Source of the DNA: Aquificaceae bacterium
GTDB lineage: Bacteria; Aquificota; Aquificia; Aquificales; Aquificaceae
Assembly: GCA_041640635.1 (NCBI GenBank)
Contig: JBEPZX010000007.1
Location: 11,798 to 75,797 of the forward strand
DNA length: 64,000 nt
Direction: 5' to 3'
Below the pieces are notes generated by a model, which was not told the DNA's origin, searched no databases, and worked only from the letters and a program-made list of their open reading frames with translations. This document shows positions 43,450-54,296 of the stretch, piece after piece; within the stretch, counting starts at the first letter, position 1; each line of letters begins with the position of its first letter. Made by a program: the position numbers and the translations under genes.

Positions 43450-44034
43450 CTATGTTTTTTCTGTATCTTCCACTTTTGGCATTTCTCTAGTTAATGCAAC
43501 CTTTCCTGTTCTTGCCATCTCCTTTATACCAAAGGGTTTTACCATTTCCAAAAAGGCGTTTATTTTGTCCGTAGTACCGGTAATCTCTACTGTATATGTT
43601 TCTGGTGATACATCTACAATTCTACCTCTAAAAATTTCCACAAGTCTTAGAACTTCGTCGCGCGCTCTTGGTGTGGAAGTGTTGATTTTTATAAGGGCTA
43701 ATTCTCTTTCCACATGAGGAATTTCCGTTAAGTCTTTTACTTTTATAGTATCTATCAACTTTCGTAGCTGCTTTATTACTTGATCTATCACTATGTCATC
43801 TCCAACGACTTCCAAGGTCATTCTTGAAACTCCTGCCTCATGAGTTTCACCTACCGATAGATCCTCTATATTGTACCCTTTCCCAGCTATCAGTCCAGCA
43901 ATACGTGCTAGAACACCTACTTCATTTCTTACAAGTATGCTTATTATATGCTTTCTTATGCTCCCTTTCTTTAATTCTCTTGTCAAAGGAGTCTTTATGA
44001 CTTCTAGTGTGTTGCTTCCTACAGTATCCGCCAT
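43450..44034 (-). CDS. ilvH: Acetolactate synthase small (regulatory) subunit
   Basis: ACT domain HIISILVRNEVGVLARIAGLIAGKGYNIEDLSVG. Confidence 0.9.
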   Translation of the reverse strand: MADTVGSNTLEVIKTPLTRELKKGSIRKHIISILVRNEVGVLARIAGLIAGKGYNIEDLSVGETHEAGVSRMTLEVVGDDIVIDQVIKQLRKLIDTIKVKDLTEIPHVERELALIKINTSTPRARDEVLRLVEIFRGRIVDVSPETYTVEITGTTDKINAFLEMVKPFGIKEMARTGKVALTREMPKVEDTEKT

Positions 44035-44052
44035 ACCTACCTCCTTTTTAAA

Positions 44053-45804
44053 TTAACCAACTAGATACATGGTTTCGGCTTCTACCTTCTTCTTACCATC
44101 TTCCAATATCATATCCTTATAGGATTTACCAGCTGGAACCATTGGGAACACATTTTCTTCTTTGTCTACATGAAAGTCCATTATTACAGGTCTGTCCTGA
44201 ATTTTCAAAGCTTCTTCAATAATCTCTCTTACATCCGAAGGTTTTTCTGCTCTAAAGCCTACGGCACCACAAGCTTCAGCAAGCTTCACAAAATCTGGTT
44301 GGACACTTAGATCTACCTCCGAATACCTTTTTTCGTAGAAAAGCTCTTGCCATTGTCTTACCATTCCAAGATAGGAGTTATTTATTATAGCCACTTTTAC
44401 GGGTATTTTATACTCGACAGCGGTAATTATCTCTTGCATTGTCATTAAAAAAGAGCCATCACCATCTATAACAAATACTTCTTTATCAGGTCTACCAACT
44501 TTGGCACCTATACCAGCTGGGAATCCAAAACCCATAGTTCCAAGTCCACCAGAGTTTATGAATTGACGTTCGAAACTATACTTGTAAAACATTGCAGCCC
44601 ACATTTGGTGCTGACCTACACCTGTGGTTATTATGCTCTGTCCTTTTGTTGCTTCCCATATTTGCTCTATCACGTACTGCGGTTTTATCACTTTGTCCGA
44701 TTTTTGGTAAGTGAGAGGATGCAACTTTTTCCACTTCTCTATTTGCTCAATCCACTTTTGTCTTTCCTCTGGATATAGAATTTTTGCGCCTTCTTTCTTT
44801 ATCTCTTCTATGAGCTTTCTTAAAACGATCTTAACATCGCCCACTATAGGTATATCTACCACTATGTTTTTTGAAATGGACGCAGGGTCTATGTCTATGT
44901 GAATTATACGAGCTCTTGGAGCAAATTCGTCTATCTTGCCAGTAACCCTATCGTCAAACCTCGCTCCGACAGCTATCAAAAGGTCGCAGTTATAAACAGC
45001 CATATTGGCATAGTAAGTTCCGTGCATGCCAAGCATGTGTAAAGACAGAGGGTGAAGCTCAGGAAATGCACCTTTACCCATATTGGTAGTAGTAACTGGA
45101 ATTTTCATAAGTTCAGCTAGTTCTACTAGTTCTTTCTGGGCTTGAGCTTGAACTGCTCCTCCACCTACATAAAGCACTGGCATTTTTGCTTCCATTATAG
45201 CTTTGGCAGCTCTTTTTATTTGCTGTGGATTTCCCTCTAGATGAGGTTTATATCCAGGTAAGGAAGCTCTTACTTCTTCCTCTGAAGGTATTTTTACATC
45301 GGATAACTTTTGGGTTATATCCTTAGGTATATCTATCAAAACTGGTCCAGGTCTACCCGTTCTGGCTATATAAAAAGCTTGTCTTATTACGAGCGGAAGG
45401 TCTTCTATTTTCTTGACCAGAAAGTTATGCTTGGTAATAGGTCTTGTTATACCTACTATGTCTACTTCTTGGAAAGCATCGTTCCCTATCAAATGTGTAG
45501 GAACTTGTCCGGTAATAAAAACTGTTGGAACAGAATCCATGTAAGCATCCGCTATAGCAGTTACAAAGTTGGTAGCACCTGGTCCAGATGTAGCTACTGC
45601 TACGCCTACTTTCCCCGTAGCTTTGGCGTATCCTTCTGCCATATGACCAGCACCTTGTTCATGTCTTACAAGTACGTGCTTTATAGTCCCATCTCTATAC
45701 AAAGCGTCGTAAAATTCCATTATTGCACCGCCAGGTAAACCAAATATTACTTCTACTCCTTCAGCTTTTAAGGCTTCTATAATAATATCTGCTCCCTTTC
45801 TCAA
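44053..45804 (-). CDS. ilvB: Acetolactate synthase large subunit
   Basis: 583 aa; ThDP-binding GDGSFLM motif and FAD domain. Confidence 0.9.
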   Translation of the reverse strand: MRKGADIIIEALKAEGVEVIFGLPGGAIMEFYDALYRDGTIKHVLVRHEQGAGHMAEGYAKATGKVGVAVATSGPGATNFVTAIADAYMDSVPTVFITGQVPTHLIGNDAFQEVDIVGITRPITKHNFLVKKIEDLPLVIRQAFYIARTGRPGPVLIDIPKDITQKLSDVKIPSEEEVRASLPGYKPHLEGNPQQIKRAAKAIMEAKMPVLYVGGGAVQAQAQKELVELAELMKIPVTTTNMGKGAFPELHPLSLHMLGMHGTYYANMAVYNCDLLIAVGARFDDRVTGKIDEFAPRARIIHIDIDPASISKNIVVDIPIVGDVKIVLRKLIEEIKKEGAKILYPEERQKWIEQIEKWKKLHPLTYQKSDKVIKPQYVIEQIWEATKGQSIITTGVGQHQMWAAMFYKYSFERQFINSGGLGTMGFGFPAGIGAKVGRPDKEVFVIDGDGSFLMTMQEIITAVEYKIPVKVAIINNSYLGMVRQWQELFYEKRYSEVDLSVQPDFVKLAEACGAVGFRAEKPSDVREIIEEALKIQDRPVIMDFHVDKEENVFPMVPAGKSYKDMILEDGKKKVEAETMYLVG

Positions 45805-45926
45805 ATTCTTACCTCCTAGCTAAGATTAAAAGTATAAAATATAAACTTTTGTTAATTATTTGTTAATAAATCGCACTTTTTTGAACAGAGTTCTACTTTC
45901 TGGCTCGATTCTTTTATTTCTAAATT

Positions 45927-46151
45927 TTAGGAATTCTCCTTTAAAAAATTAGATACCATAAATTCTATCATATCTTTGTGATATAGCCTCTCCCTTTTTA
46001 GCCTTTCTATCTCCATTTCCAGCTCATGTGTCATAGGATGATGCTTCTCTAACTTATCAATTTCTTTGTCAAGTTCCTCATGTTTTTCATAGTGATACCT
46101 GAACTCTTTGTCTTTTTCTAGCAGTATCCTTATAGCCTCGTCTCTTGTCAT
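45927..46151 (-). CDS. DUF465-like small coiled-coil protein
   Basis: 74 aa with His-rich heptads (HYEKHEELDKEIDKLEKHH...). ATGA overlap with the upstream membrane ORF. Confidence 0.5.
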   Translation of the reverse strand: MTRDEAIRILLEKDKEFRYHYEKHEELDKEIDKLEKHHPMTHELEMEIERLKRERLYHKDMIEFMVSNFLKENS

Positions 46152-46558
46152 ACTATGTCCTCCTCTCTAGGCCTTAATAATATTAAACCACATAAGCTAA
46201 TTAAATATCCAAGTATGAGAGTAGATAAAGGAGCAAATAATATATATACAATGAAAGCTACTAAAAAAGGTATGTTTACCAAAGCAAATAACCAAAAGTA
46301 CCTCCTAGTTGCAGTATAGTTCCAATAAGGATCATTATGAGAAAATACGGGAAAGGATTTCTTTTTTAAAGAAATTCCTAATGGTATGCATATTACACCT
46401 ACGAAAACTACAATAACATTGGTATAAAGTATAAGTTTAGTTGGCAAGGGAAGCTTAAAATAAGGATACAAAACCAAGGAAGAAAAAAATACAAGGCTTA
46501 GAAATCCTACACTTGCAAAAAAAAATTGTCTTATTCGTTTTTTGTAGATTTGTATCAT
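46148..46558 (-). CDS. Hypothetical membrane protein (136 aa, ~4 TM)
   Basis: Hydrophobic segments only; no motif recognised. Confidence 0.45.
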   Translation of the reverse strand: MIQIYKKRIRQFFFASVGFLSLVFFSSLVLYPYFKLPLPTKLILYTNVIVVFVGVICIPLGISLKKKSFPVFSHNDPYWNYTATRRYFWLFALVNIPFLVAFIVYILFAPLSTLILGYLISLCGLILLRPREEDIV

Positions 46559-46677
46559 TAGAGAAGTATTATAATCGCTATCTAGAGTGTTATAGGATAA
46601 TGAAGAAGATAAGCCAAATTTTTAATCAAGCTAAAATAAGCAATCAGGGGTTAAAATAAGTACTAAGGTTATATACC

Positions 46678-47547
46678 ATGAGAGGAATTATAGAATTTCT
46701 TATATTCTTAGCTTTTTTTGTAATCATATTGATTAGTTCCTTAGGCGGTGATATATTCAGGGAGCTAATACAAATACTAGGAGGTGTTAATATGGGGGTT
46801 CCTTTTATTGTAGTTTTAATCATAGCTGTAATAATTTTCTTAGCTTCAAGCATCAAGGTAATTCCAGAGTTTCAAAGAGCTGTGGTATTTAGATTAGGTA
46901 GAGTAATTGGTTCAAAGGGACCAGGCATATTCATCCTCATACCCATAATAGACCAAATGGTAAAGGTGGATCTCAGAACTGTAACTCTTGATGTCCCAAC
47001 TCAGGACATAATCACAAAGGATAACGTTTCCGTGAGTGTAGATGCCGTAGTTTACTTTAGAGTTGTAGATCCTGTTAGATCAGTAGTAGAAGTAGAAAAT
47101 TACCTATTTGCTACTTCGCAAATAGCTCAAACTACCTTGAGAAGTGTGTGTGGTGCAGCAGAATTAGATGAGCTACTTTCCGAACGAGAGAAGTTAAACA
47201 TGCAACTCCAAGAAATAATAGATAAGCAAACGGATCCATGGGGCGTAAAGGTGGTTGCTGTGGAACTTAAGAAAATAGATCTTCCTGAGGAGTTACGCAA
47301 GGCTATGGCAAGACAAGCAGAGGCAGAGAGGGAAAGAAGGGCAAAGATTATAGCGGCAGAGGCTGAGTATCAAGCTGCACAAAAACTTGCAGAAGCTGCA
47401 CAGATTTTGGCAACTCAACCAATGGCTCTGCAACTTAGATACTTGGAAGCCATACAGTCTGCAAGTACAAAACCAGGAAACACCATAATTCTACCAATAC
47501 CAACAGAAATGTTCAAGATGTTTTACGGTGAGAAAATACAAAGTTAA
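46678..47547 (+). CDS. SPFH/Band-7 (stomatin/prohibitin-like) membrane protein
   Basis: N-terminal TM region; [67 protein letters not shown]; C-terminal coiled coil rich in AEAE. Confidence 0.85.
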   Translation: MRGIIEFLIFLAFFVIILISSLGGDIFRELIQILGGVNMGVPFIVVLIIAVIIFLASSIKVIPEFQRAVVFRLGRVIGSKGPGIFILIPIIDQMVKVDLRTVTLDVPTQDIITKDNVSVSVDAVVYFRVVDPVRSVVEVENYLFATSQIAQTTLRSVCGAAELDELLSEREKLNMQLQEIIDKQTDPWGVKVVAVELKKIDLPEELRKAMARQAEAERERRAKIIAAEAEYQAAQKLAEAAQILATQPMALQLRYLEAIQSASTKPGNTIILPIPTEMFKMFYGEKIQS

Positions 47548-48409
47548 GATAAACAAAGCAGGTTCCGTTTTTATATCTATAACTATACTTTTGGGCGTTT
47601 CGGCTATAAATACTGGAAATAATCTTCTCTATTTAATAGTTTCAGCATTGCTTTCTTTCATGCTTTTATCCGGTATAGCTGCTCTTTACAATCTAAGAGG
47701 TTTAGAGTTAAAGTTAATACCACCAAAGGAAGTTTTTGCTCAAAAAAGAGAGAACTTTAGAGTTCTTTTAACAAACTGGCATAAATTTCCAAAGTTTTTG
47801 TTAACTCTCGAATCTATGGGTGGGCAAGTTACTGTTCCTGTGCTCTTAAGGACCAATGAAGTCCATTTGCCTATGATTTTTAATGAGCGCGGACCAATTA
47901 ATAAAGTTAGTATTACAGTAAAAACGGACTTTCCAGTAGGTTTGTTTACCAGGTATTACCAACAGGAAGTAGAAACAGATTTTGTTGTATTTCCTAAACC
48001 CATACCTTGGGATATAAAGCTATTTCTAAATCAAGGCAAGGAAAAGCAGGAACATACAGAAACGATAACCAATCTGAGAGGTTACGATGAAATCCTTGGT
48101 ATTAAAGAGTACTCTAGTGAACCTATGAAGCTAATAAGTTGGAAAGCAACTGCAAAGACGGGAAGGCTAATGGCGAAGGAAGTCTATGCTTCGGCACAAA
48201 GTCCCATAATACTGAGATTAGATGAATTAGATGGGGATTTGGAAAGTAGGATATCGAAAGCAGCTTATGCCGCTATTAAACTCTTAGAAAGTAATTACCC
48301 AGTAGGATTGAAACTAGACGACGAATACATTGTGCCAGCGACCGGAGAAATTCAAAAGAATAAAATACTCAAAGCTTTAGCTCTCTTCCATCAAAGCCCT
48401 AGGGTATGA
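47528..48409 (+). CDS. DUF58-family protein (vWA-fold partner normally paired with MoxR ATPases)
   Basis: N-terminal 2 [41 protein letters not shown] fits the DUF58 RxYxxGD..R.IHWKAtARtgkLmVrE signature. Overlaps the SPFH gene by 20 nt. Confidence 0.7.
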   Translation: MRKYKVKINKAGSVFISITILLGVSAINTGNNLLYLIVSALLSFMLLSGIAALYNLRGLELKLIPPKEVFAQKRENFRVLLTNWHKFPKFLLTLESMGGQVTVPVLLRTNEVHLPMIFNERGPINKVSITVKTDFPVGLFTRYYQQEVETDFVVFPKPIPWDIKLFLNQGKEKQEHTETITNLRGYDEILGIKEYSSEPMKLISWKATAKTGRLMAKEVYASAQSPIILRLDELDGDLESRISKAAYAAIKLLESNYPVGLKLDDEYIVPATGEIQKNKILKALALFHQSPRV

Positions 48410-49462
48410 GCCTAAGATTTTTATCATCTGTGTTCTCTTATTTAGCATATCTATAGCTTCTTTGACGTTCTCATCCTCTATATGTCCCTGCATGTCCACA
48501 AAGAAAACATAATCCCAAGCTTTTTTCTTAGATGGTCTAGATTCAATTTTAGTAAGATTTATACCATACTCGTAAAATGTTTCCAGAGCTTTATAAAGTG
48601 CACCAGGCTCATCTCTTAAAGCAAATATTAAGCTAGTTTTATCTTTACCTGTTCTTTTTGTGTTCCTTTTCCCTATAATCAGGAACCTTGTGTAATTGTT
48701 GAGGCTGTCCTGTATGTTCATAGCCAATATGTTAAGATGGTATGTGTAAGCTGCGACTTCGCTAGCTATAGCTGAAGCATCATCCACCTCAAGTGCTATT
48801 TCGCAGGCTTTTGCTGTGCTTTCAGTTTCTATCAATTGAGCACCCGGAAGATTTTTTTCAAGCCAGTTTCTACACTGAGCAAGAGCATGTTTGTGAGAGT
48901 ATACCTTTTTTATCTTTCCCAAGTTTTGCTGAGTGGATAAAAGATGAAGCTGTATGGGAATAACCACTTCCCCTACAATACGCAGATCTGACTCTAAGAA
49001 CATATCCAAAGTGTAGTTTACAACACCTTCTATGGTGTTTTCTACGGGAACTACTCCATAATCAGCTCTATCGCTTTCCACTTCAGTAAATACATCCTTT
49101 ATTGTAGCCGTTGGTATGTAAAGAGCAGAAAATCCAAAGCGCTCAAGAGCAGCCTGGTGTGTAAAGGTAGCTTTTGGTCCAAGATAAGCAATTCTCAGTT
49201 CTTTTTCCAATGACAGACAAGCAGAGATAATTTCTCTGTAAACATAAATAAGAGCCTTAGATGGGAACTCTTCTCCCGATTTTTTATTTATATCTAGAAC
49301 TTTTTCTATTATTTCCCTTTCCCTCTCGGGAACATGAATTTCCAGACCTTGGCTTTTCTTTATATCACCTACAATCTTTGCTAGCTTTGCACGTTTATTC
49401 AGAAGCTTTACTATGTCCTCATCTATCTGATCTATATTTTTCCTTAGTTCATCTAGTTCCAT
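48377..49462 (-). CDS. pheA: Bifunctional chorismate mutase / prephenate dehydratase (P-protein)
   Basis: N-terminal CM_2 (ELRKNIDQIDEDIVKLLNKRAKLA), PDT domain (AYLGPKATFTHQAAL) and C-terminal ACT domain. Confidence 0.9.
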   Translation of the reverse strand: MELDELRKNIDQIDEDIVKLLNKRAKLAKIVGDIKKSQGLEIHVPEREREIIEKVLDINKKSGEEFPSKALIYVYREIISACLSLEKELRIAYLGPKATFTHQAALERFGFSALYIPTATIKDVFTEVESDRADYGVVPVENTIEGVVNYTLDMFLESDLRIVGEVVIPIQLHLLSTQQNLGKIKKVYSHKHALAQCRNWLEKNLPGAQLIETESTAKACEIALEVDDASAIASEVAAYTYHLNILAMNIQDSLNNYTRFLIIGKRNTKRTGKDKTSLIFALRDEPGALYKALETFYEYGINLTKIESRPSKKKAWDYVFFVDMQGHIEDENVKEAIDMLNKRTQMIKILGSYPRALMEES

Positions 49463-49478
49463 TTCACGTTAATACAGT

Positions 49479-49922
49479 TTATAAACTCACAAGAGGCAAA
49501 TTGTTAGCAATTGAACGTTTTCCCAATACTTGCACTGACGCTTTTTGCTTCCAGTATTTACGTCTCTTTCTGTATATCTCCCTTAAGTATTCAGGAAAGG
49601 TTAAGCTTGGATACTTACCTTTAGCTATTTTATGAAGATGCCACCACCATTTTTCCAAAGGTTGAGAGTTATCATCTTGCAAAGGCTCATCGGATATATC
49701 CATAGCTTCTAAAAATTTATGCACATTTTGGATTAGTTTTCTGTCCGTCTTTTTCACGTATATGCTCTCCTCTAACCCTTCTTCGTGAACCTTCTCCCTT
49801 AGTTTTACAACTATGTCTGGATAACCTACGCCAAAATTTAAGAATAGCTCTACTTCAGCAAAGTATACATAATCAATATCCACTTGTTTTTTTATCTGTC
49901 CCATACTATATATTATAAACAA
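49479..49922 (-). CDS. Hypothetical protein (147 aa), upstream of and co-directional with pheA
   Basis: No motif recognised; contains a WWWHL segment. Confidence 0.4.
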   Translation of the reverse strand: MFIIYSMGQIKKQVDIDYVYFAEVELFLNFGVGYPDIVVKLREKVHEEGLEESIYVKKTDRKLIQNVHKFLEAMDISDEPLQDDNSQPLEKWWWHLHKIAKGKYPSLTFPEYLREIYRKRRKYWKQKASVQVLGKRSIANNLPLVSL

Positions 49923-50974
49923 TGATTAAAATCAGTGTAATAGGAAGTGGTGCCATTGGCTTAAGCATAGCTTTTGAACTATCCCTTAGAGGTTTTAAAA
50001 CAAAGGTTATAACCAGAGATATAAATGAAGCTACCTCTTGGGTAGCAGGTGGTATGCTTGCACCTTTTTCCGAAGGTTTAGAAGGTGATATTTTCCATTT
50101 TTCGTATGAAAGCCTAAAACTCTACAACGAATTTGTAGAAAAACTAGAGGATTCCTCAAAGCAGAGGATAGATATATGGATGAACGGTATTAATAGAATA
50201 GTATTCAAAGATGAAGATGAACTCTTGCATAAAGCTGAGTTATACTCAAGGACGTATAAAGTAGAAACTCATAAAGATCCAAAGTTGGTAAATTCTCAAA
50301 TATCCGAAAGAGTAAAAGCTATAATTCATTACCAAGAAGAAGGATGGGTAGATACTTACTCTCTCATGAATGCATTGATAAGAGCATTGGAAAGATTGAA
50401 CGTTGAAGTTATCCAAGATAGTATTCTAAGAGTTAGTATGAAAGATGGACGTATAGAAAAGCTTATAGGTATTAGAGATGAATATAAAGCAGATATGTAC
50501 GTCTTTTGCTTAGGTGCTTGGACAAGGCAACTGCTAAACATTCCCATATACCCAATCAAAGGTCAAGCTATAACACTAAACACCAGAATTTCTGATAAAG
50601 TGCTATATTCTAATGTTTCATACATAATCCCACGAAATACCTACACTTATGTAGGAGCAACGAGTGAATATGGTGATTTTTCAAAGAAAAGTACAGTATA
50701 CGGCATTTACTCTTTAATTAGCGGTTTAATGAGTGTTTTGCCATATGCTGGACAAGCGGAATTTTTAAATGCTTTAGTGGGTTTTAGACCTTGCACAGAG
50801 GATCAATACCCAGTCTTTGAGATAGGTAAAAATTACATATTTACAGGTGGTCATTGCAGGAATGGTATACTACACACACCTATAACTTCTAAAGTAGTGT
50901 CAGATTATATAGATAAAGGTTTAGTATCTAAGTATATGGAAATTTTTTCTTCCAAAAGGCTAAGTATATGTTAA
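49922..50974 (+). CDS. thiO: FAD-dependent glycine oxidase-like oxidoreductase (DAO family)
   Basis: N-terminal VIGSGAIGLSIAFELSLRG dinucleotide-binding fold; DAO-family length. Confidence 0.65.
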   Translation: MIKISVIGSGAIGLSIAFELSLRGFKTKVITRDINEATSWVAGGMLAPFSEGLEGDIFHFSYESLKLYNEFVEKLEDSSKQRIDIWMNGINRIVFKDEDELLHKAELYSRTYKVETHKDPKLVNSQISERVKAIIHYQEEGWVDTYSLMNALIRALERLNVEVIQDSILRVSMKDGRIEKLIGIRDEYKADMYVFCLGAWTRQLLNIPIYPIKGQAITLNTRISDKVLYSNVSYIIPRNTYTYVGATSEYGDFSKKSTVYGIYSLISGLMSVLPYAGQAEFLNALVGFRPCTEDQYPVFEIGKNYIFTGGHCRNGILHTPITSKVVSDYIDKGLVSKYMEIFSSKRLSIC

Positions 50975-51170
50975 TTTTTTAGTTTAGTCTTTGTGAAAAA
51001 ACTTCTGTTGGTTAAGTATTATTTAGGCTTAGTATTTGCCAAAATTTTAAAGTTTTTGTGATGTTGGTCTTCTCTTTGGGTTTATAGTGGAAAGTTAAAA
51101 GAAAATTTCTAAATTAAGCAATACCTGCATTGTATATTTTCCAGATTTAAGAAATTACTATAATAATTAA

Positions 51171-51731
51171 TTGATGAAACTATTAATACTAGCGTCAGAA
51201 TCAAAAAGAAGAGTTGAAATTCTCAAAATGTTAGGATTTAAATTCTTAGTCATTCCTTCAAGAATAGAAGAAAAATACCATGATGCAAACCCTTTGTTAA
51301 TAGCTAGACGTCTTTCAAAAGAGAAGGCTCTAAAGGTATGGAAAGAGTATAAATACTCTGTAGTGTTAGGAGCTGATACCATAGTAGTCATTGATGGCAA
51401 GGTTTTAGGTAAACCTAAGACGCAAGAAGAAGCTTACGAAATGTTGAGAATGCTCTCTGGTAAGTGGCACAAAGTTATAACCGCAGTTAGCATAGTATCT
51501 GGCAAACATAGAAAAACTTTTCACGATACTGCATTGGTTAGACTTAGAAACTTAACACATAATCAAATAAACGAGTACATTCGTAAATGTCAACCTTTCG
51601 ATAAAGCTGGTGCTTATGCTGTACAGGGGTTTGGTGCTGTTTTAATAGATAAGATAAAGGGGGATTTTTATACAGTTATGGGTTTGCCAGCTGGCAAGAC
51701 TTATAATTTATTAAAGGATGTTTTGGATTAG
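51171..51731 (+). CDS. maf: Maf-family nucleoside triphosphate pyrophosphatase
   Basis: LILASESKRR...GADTIVVIDGKVLGKPKTQEEAYEML. Confidence 0.9.
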   Translation: MMKLLILASESKRRVEILKMLGFKFLVIPSRIEEKYHDANPLLIARRLSKEKALKVWKEYKYSVVLGADTIVVIDGKVLGKPKTQEEAYEMLRMLSGKWHKVITAVSIVSGKHRKTFHDTALVRLRNLTHNQINEYIRKCQPFDKAGAYAVQGFGAVLIDKIKGDFYTVMGLPAGKTYNLLKDVLD

Positions 51732-51833
51732 CATGATATTTATGTCTTTAATATCAAGTTGTGCATATATGGTTGAAATTAATCCTGATGTAAGCATAGG
51801 TGGTGGGGCTTCTATACAACTAAAGCATAGAAA

Positions 51834-52514
51834 ATGATGTGTGAAGCGCTTGAAAAAATAGAAGAGAGAATCTTCAAAACGTGCGAAAGGACCGGAAGAA
51901 AAAGGGAAGAAATACTGTTAGTTGGCGCTTCCAAAAGTGTAAGACCTGAAATAATTAAGGTTTTTTTTGAGTGCGGACTAAAAAGTTTTGGTGAAAATAG
52001 AGTCCAAGAGTTTCTAGAAAAATACAACACTCTGAAAGACTTGCCCATAGATTGGCACTTTATAGGCACTCTTCAGTCAAATAAAGTTAAATACATCTGG
52101 GACAAAGTATCAATTATCCACTCTTTGGATAGAGAATCCACAGCCAAGGAAATAGAAAAAAGAGCAACACATACAGTAAGAGTTTTAATTGAGGTAAATG
52201 TAGGGAACGAAGAAACAAAGGGTGGGGTAGACAAAAACAATCTAAAACACTTTGTCGAAAAACTTCTACATTACAAGAACATAAAATTGGAAGGTTTAAT
52301 GTGTATACCACCTTACTCTGAAGACCCTCAAGAAAGTAGACCGTATTTTGTCATGTTGAGAGAATTAAGAGAGAATTTAGAAAGAGAATTTAACTTAACC
52401 CTGCCGCACCTATCTATGGGTATGTCTGATGACTTTGAGGTGGCTATAGAAGAAGGTGCAACTATAATAAGAATAGGTAGAGCATTATTTGGAGAAAGGG
52501 TTTACAAAAGGTGA
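51834..52514 (+). CDS. yggS: YggS-family PLP homeostasis protein
   Basis: LVGASKSV...FGENRVQEF...HFIGTLQSNK. Confidence 0.9.
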   Translation: MMCEALEKIEERIFKTCERTGRKREEILLVGASKSVRPEIIKVFFECGLKSFGENRVQEFLEKYNTLKDLPIDWHFIGTLQSNKVKYIWDKVSIIHSLDRESTAKEIEKRATHTVRVLIEVNVGNEETKGGVDKNNLKHFVEKLLHYKNIKLEGLMCIPPYSEDPQESRPYFVMLRELRENLEREFNLTLPHLSMGMSDDFEVAIEEGATIIRIGRALFGERVYKR

Positions 52515-52825
52515 AAGTCAGGTGTAAGATTTGGATAGAAACAGATGACGGAAAGCCAATAATTAGCGAAGGCAAATATAGACTACTAAAAGATATAGAA
52601 AAAACCAACTCTATAAAACTTTCTGCACAAAATTTAGGTTTAAGCTACAAAAGAGCCCACTCTCAAATCAAAACCATAGAAAAGAGAATTGGCAAAAAAA
52701 TACTTGAAAGAAGAAAAGGGGTGGGAAGTCTTTTGACTCAGCAGGGTAAAGACCTTTTAGAAATGTATGAGTCCATACTAAAAAATGTAAAAAGCGTGTG
52801 TGATATTCAAATAGATGGGGTTTAG
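52511..52825 (+). CDS. ModE-N-terminal-like winged-helix transcriptional regulator (stand-alone HTH, 104 aa)
   Basis: GKYRLLKDIEKTNSIKLSAQNLGLSYKRAHSQIKTIEKRIG resembles the ModE/COG2005 N-terminal domain. Confidence 0.6.
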   Translation: MKVRCKIWIETDDGKPIISEGKYRLLKDIEKTNSIKLSAQNLGLSYKRAHSQIKTIEKRIGKKILERRKGVGSLLTQQGKDLLEMYESILKNVKSVCDIQIDGV

Positions 52826-52930
52826 TATAGGGACAAACAAAGTTTATTTAAAAACGTTAAACATGGTGACTTCCTTGCACTAATATATAATGGATTTATA
52901 TTTATAACTTAAAACAAGTCTTAAATAATC

Positions 52931-54283
52931 ATGATTAAGCAAAGAGAACCTATAGTTGCCATTGCTACACCTTATGGTGAGAGTTCTATAGGTGTATTGC
53001 GCCTGTCCGGCGAAGGTATACTTGAGAAACTGAAGGATTTATTAAAAACAAAAAAAGATATCAAGCCAAGGTATGCACACTTTTTTGAACTTTTGGACCA
53101 AGAAGGAAGAGTCTTAGATGAAGGTGTATTGATTTATTACAAGTCCCCACACAGCTACACAGGTGAAGATATGTTAGAGCTTCAGCTGCATGGTAATCCT
53201 CTAATTTTGAAAAAAGCTTTAGAAGTTATAATGTCCAAGGGTATAAGGCTTGCCAAACCAGGAGAGTTTACAAAAAGGGCTTTCTTAAATGGTAAAATGG
53301 ACCTAACACAAGCAGAAGCTGTAATGGACTTGATAACCGCAAAAACGGACTTGGCGAGGGAGATAGCTTTGAACCAGTTAAGAGGAGAACTATCCAAACT
53401 TATAAATCCTCTAAGGGAAAAACTTATAGAAATGCTTGCCTACATAGAGGCAGATATAGAATTCGCTCATGAGGACATACCTACAATCACAAAAGAAGAT
53501 ATAATAAGCATACTAACAGACATAATTAAAAACATAGAGGATTTATTAGCTACTGTAAATAAAGGTGAGTTTATAAGAAAAGGTATTAACTTGGCTATAG
53601 TAGGTAAACCCAATGTGGGCAAGTCCTCTCTATTTAATGCTTTGCTCGGTCACGATAGGTCTATAGTGACACACATACCAGGCACTACAAGAGACTACCT
53701 GCAGGAGCAAATACACATAAAGGGAATACCTATAAATCTTATAGATACAGCAGGAATAAGAGACGCTCAAGATGAAGTAGAAAGGATAGGAGTTTTAAGA
53801 AGCTTAGAAAGGATAGAAAATGCCCATCTTATACTTTTCGTCTTAGACGGATCCAAACCTATTGATAAATACGATGAAAAGGTTTATAATTTAATAAGAA
53901 ATAAAAAACATTTGGTAGTTCTGAATAAAAAGGATCTTGGTATGAACCAGCAAACCCTTAATCTTTTCCAAGATGCTATAGTGGTAAGTGCTAAAACTTT
54001 AGAAGGCATAGAAAATTTAAAAGAGTGTATGCTAAGTAAGGTAGGTGTATTTTCCTGTGATAGCTTTAACATCTATATCTCGCTAAGACATGCTGAGCTT
54101 TTAGATAAAGCTAGAAGTATTCTAAAGGAAATCTCAAGTAAACTTATGATGTTTAGTATATCACCAGAAATTCTTGCGTTAGAAATAAAAGAAGCCTTAT
54201 CATACATAGAGGACATAGTGGGGGTGATAACCACAGAGGATGTTCTTGAAAACATTTTCTCAAGATTTTGTATAGGCAAATAG
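52931..54283 (+). CDS. mnmE: tRNA modification GTPase MnmE
   Basis: G domain LAIVGKPNVGKSSLFNALLG; C-terminal FCIGK motif. Confidence 0.95.
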   Translation: MIKQREPIVAIATPYGESSIGVLRLSGEGILEKLKDLLKTKKDIKPRYAHFFELLDQEGRVLDEGVLIYYKSPHSYTGEDMLELQLHGNPLILKKALEVIMSKGIRLAKPGEFTKRAFLNGKMDLTQAEAVMDLITAKTDLAREIALNQLRGELSKLINPLREKLIEMLAYIEADIEFAHEDIPTITKEDIISILTDIIKNIEDLLATVNKGEFIRKGINLAIVGKPNVGKSSLFNALLGHDRSIVTHIPGTTRDYLQEQIHIKGIPINLIDTAGIRDAQDEVERIGVLRSLERIENAHLILFVLDGSKPIDKYDEKVYNLIRNKKHLVVLNKKDLGMNQQTLNLFQDAIVVSAKTLEGIENLKECMLSKVGVFSCDSFNIYISLRHAELLDKARSILKEISSKLMMFSISPEILALEIKEALSYIEDIVGVITTEDVLENIFSRFCIGK

Positions 54284-54296
54284 ATAGGAGGTAAAT

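Noticed and set aside
46644-46856. 70-aa minus-strand ORF overlapping the 5' end of the SPFH gene
   Set aside because: Antisense to a well-supported CDS start, and it has no SD.
49479-49922. Possible TPP riboswitch upstream of the thiO-like gene
   Set aside because: No CUGAGA / ACCUGAUCUGGAUAAUGCCAGCG-type core is present. The space is fully occupied by a 147-aa minus-strand ORF that is co-directional with pheA.
50974-51170. 197-nt intergenic region before maf as a possible sRNA or riboswitch
   Set aside because: AT-rich with no convincing stem-loops or known riboswitch cores visible by eye. Most likely a promoter region; left uncalled.
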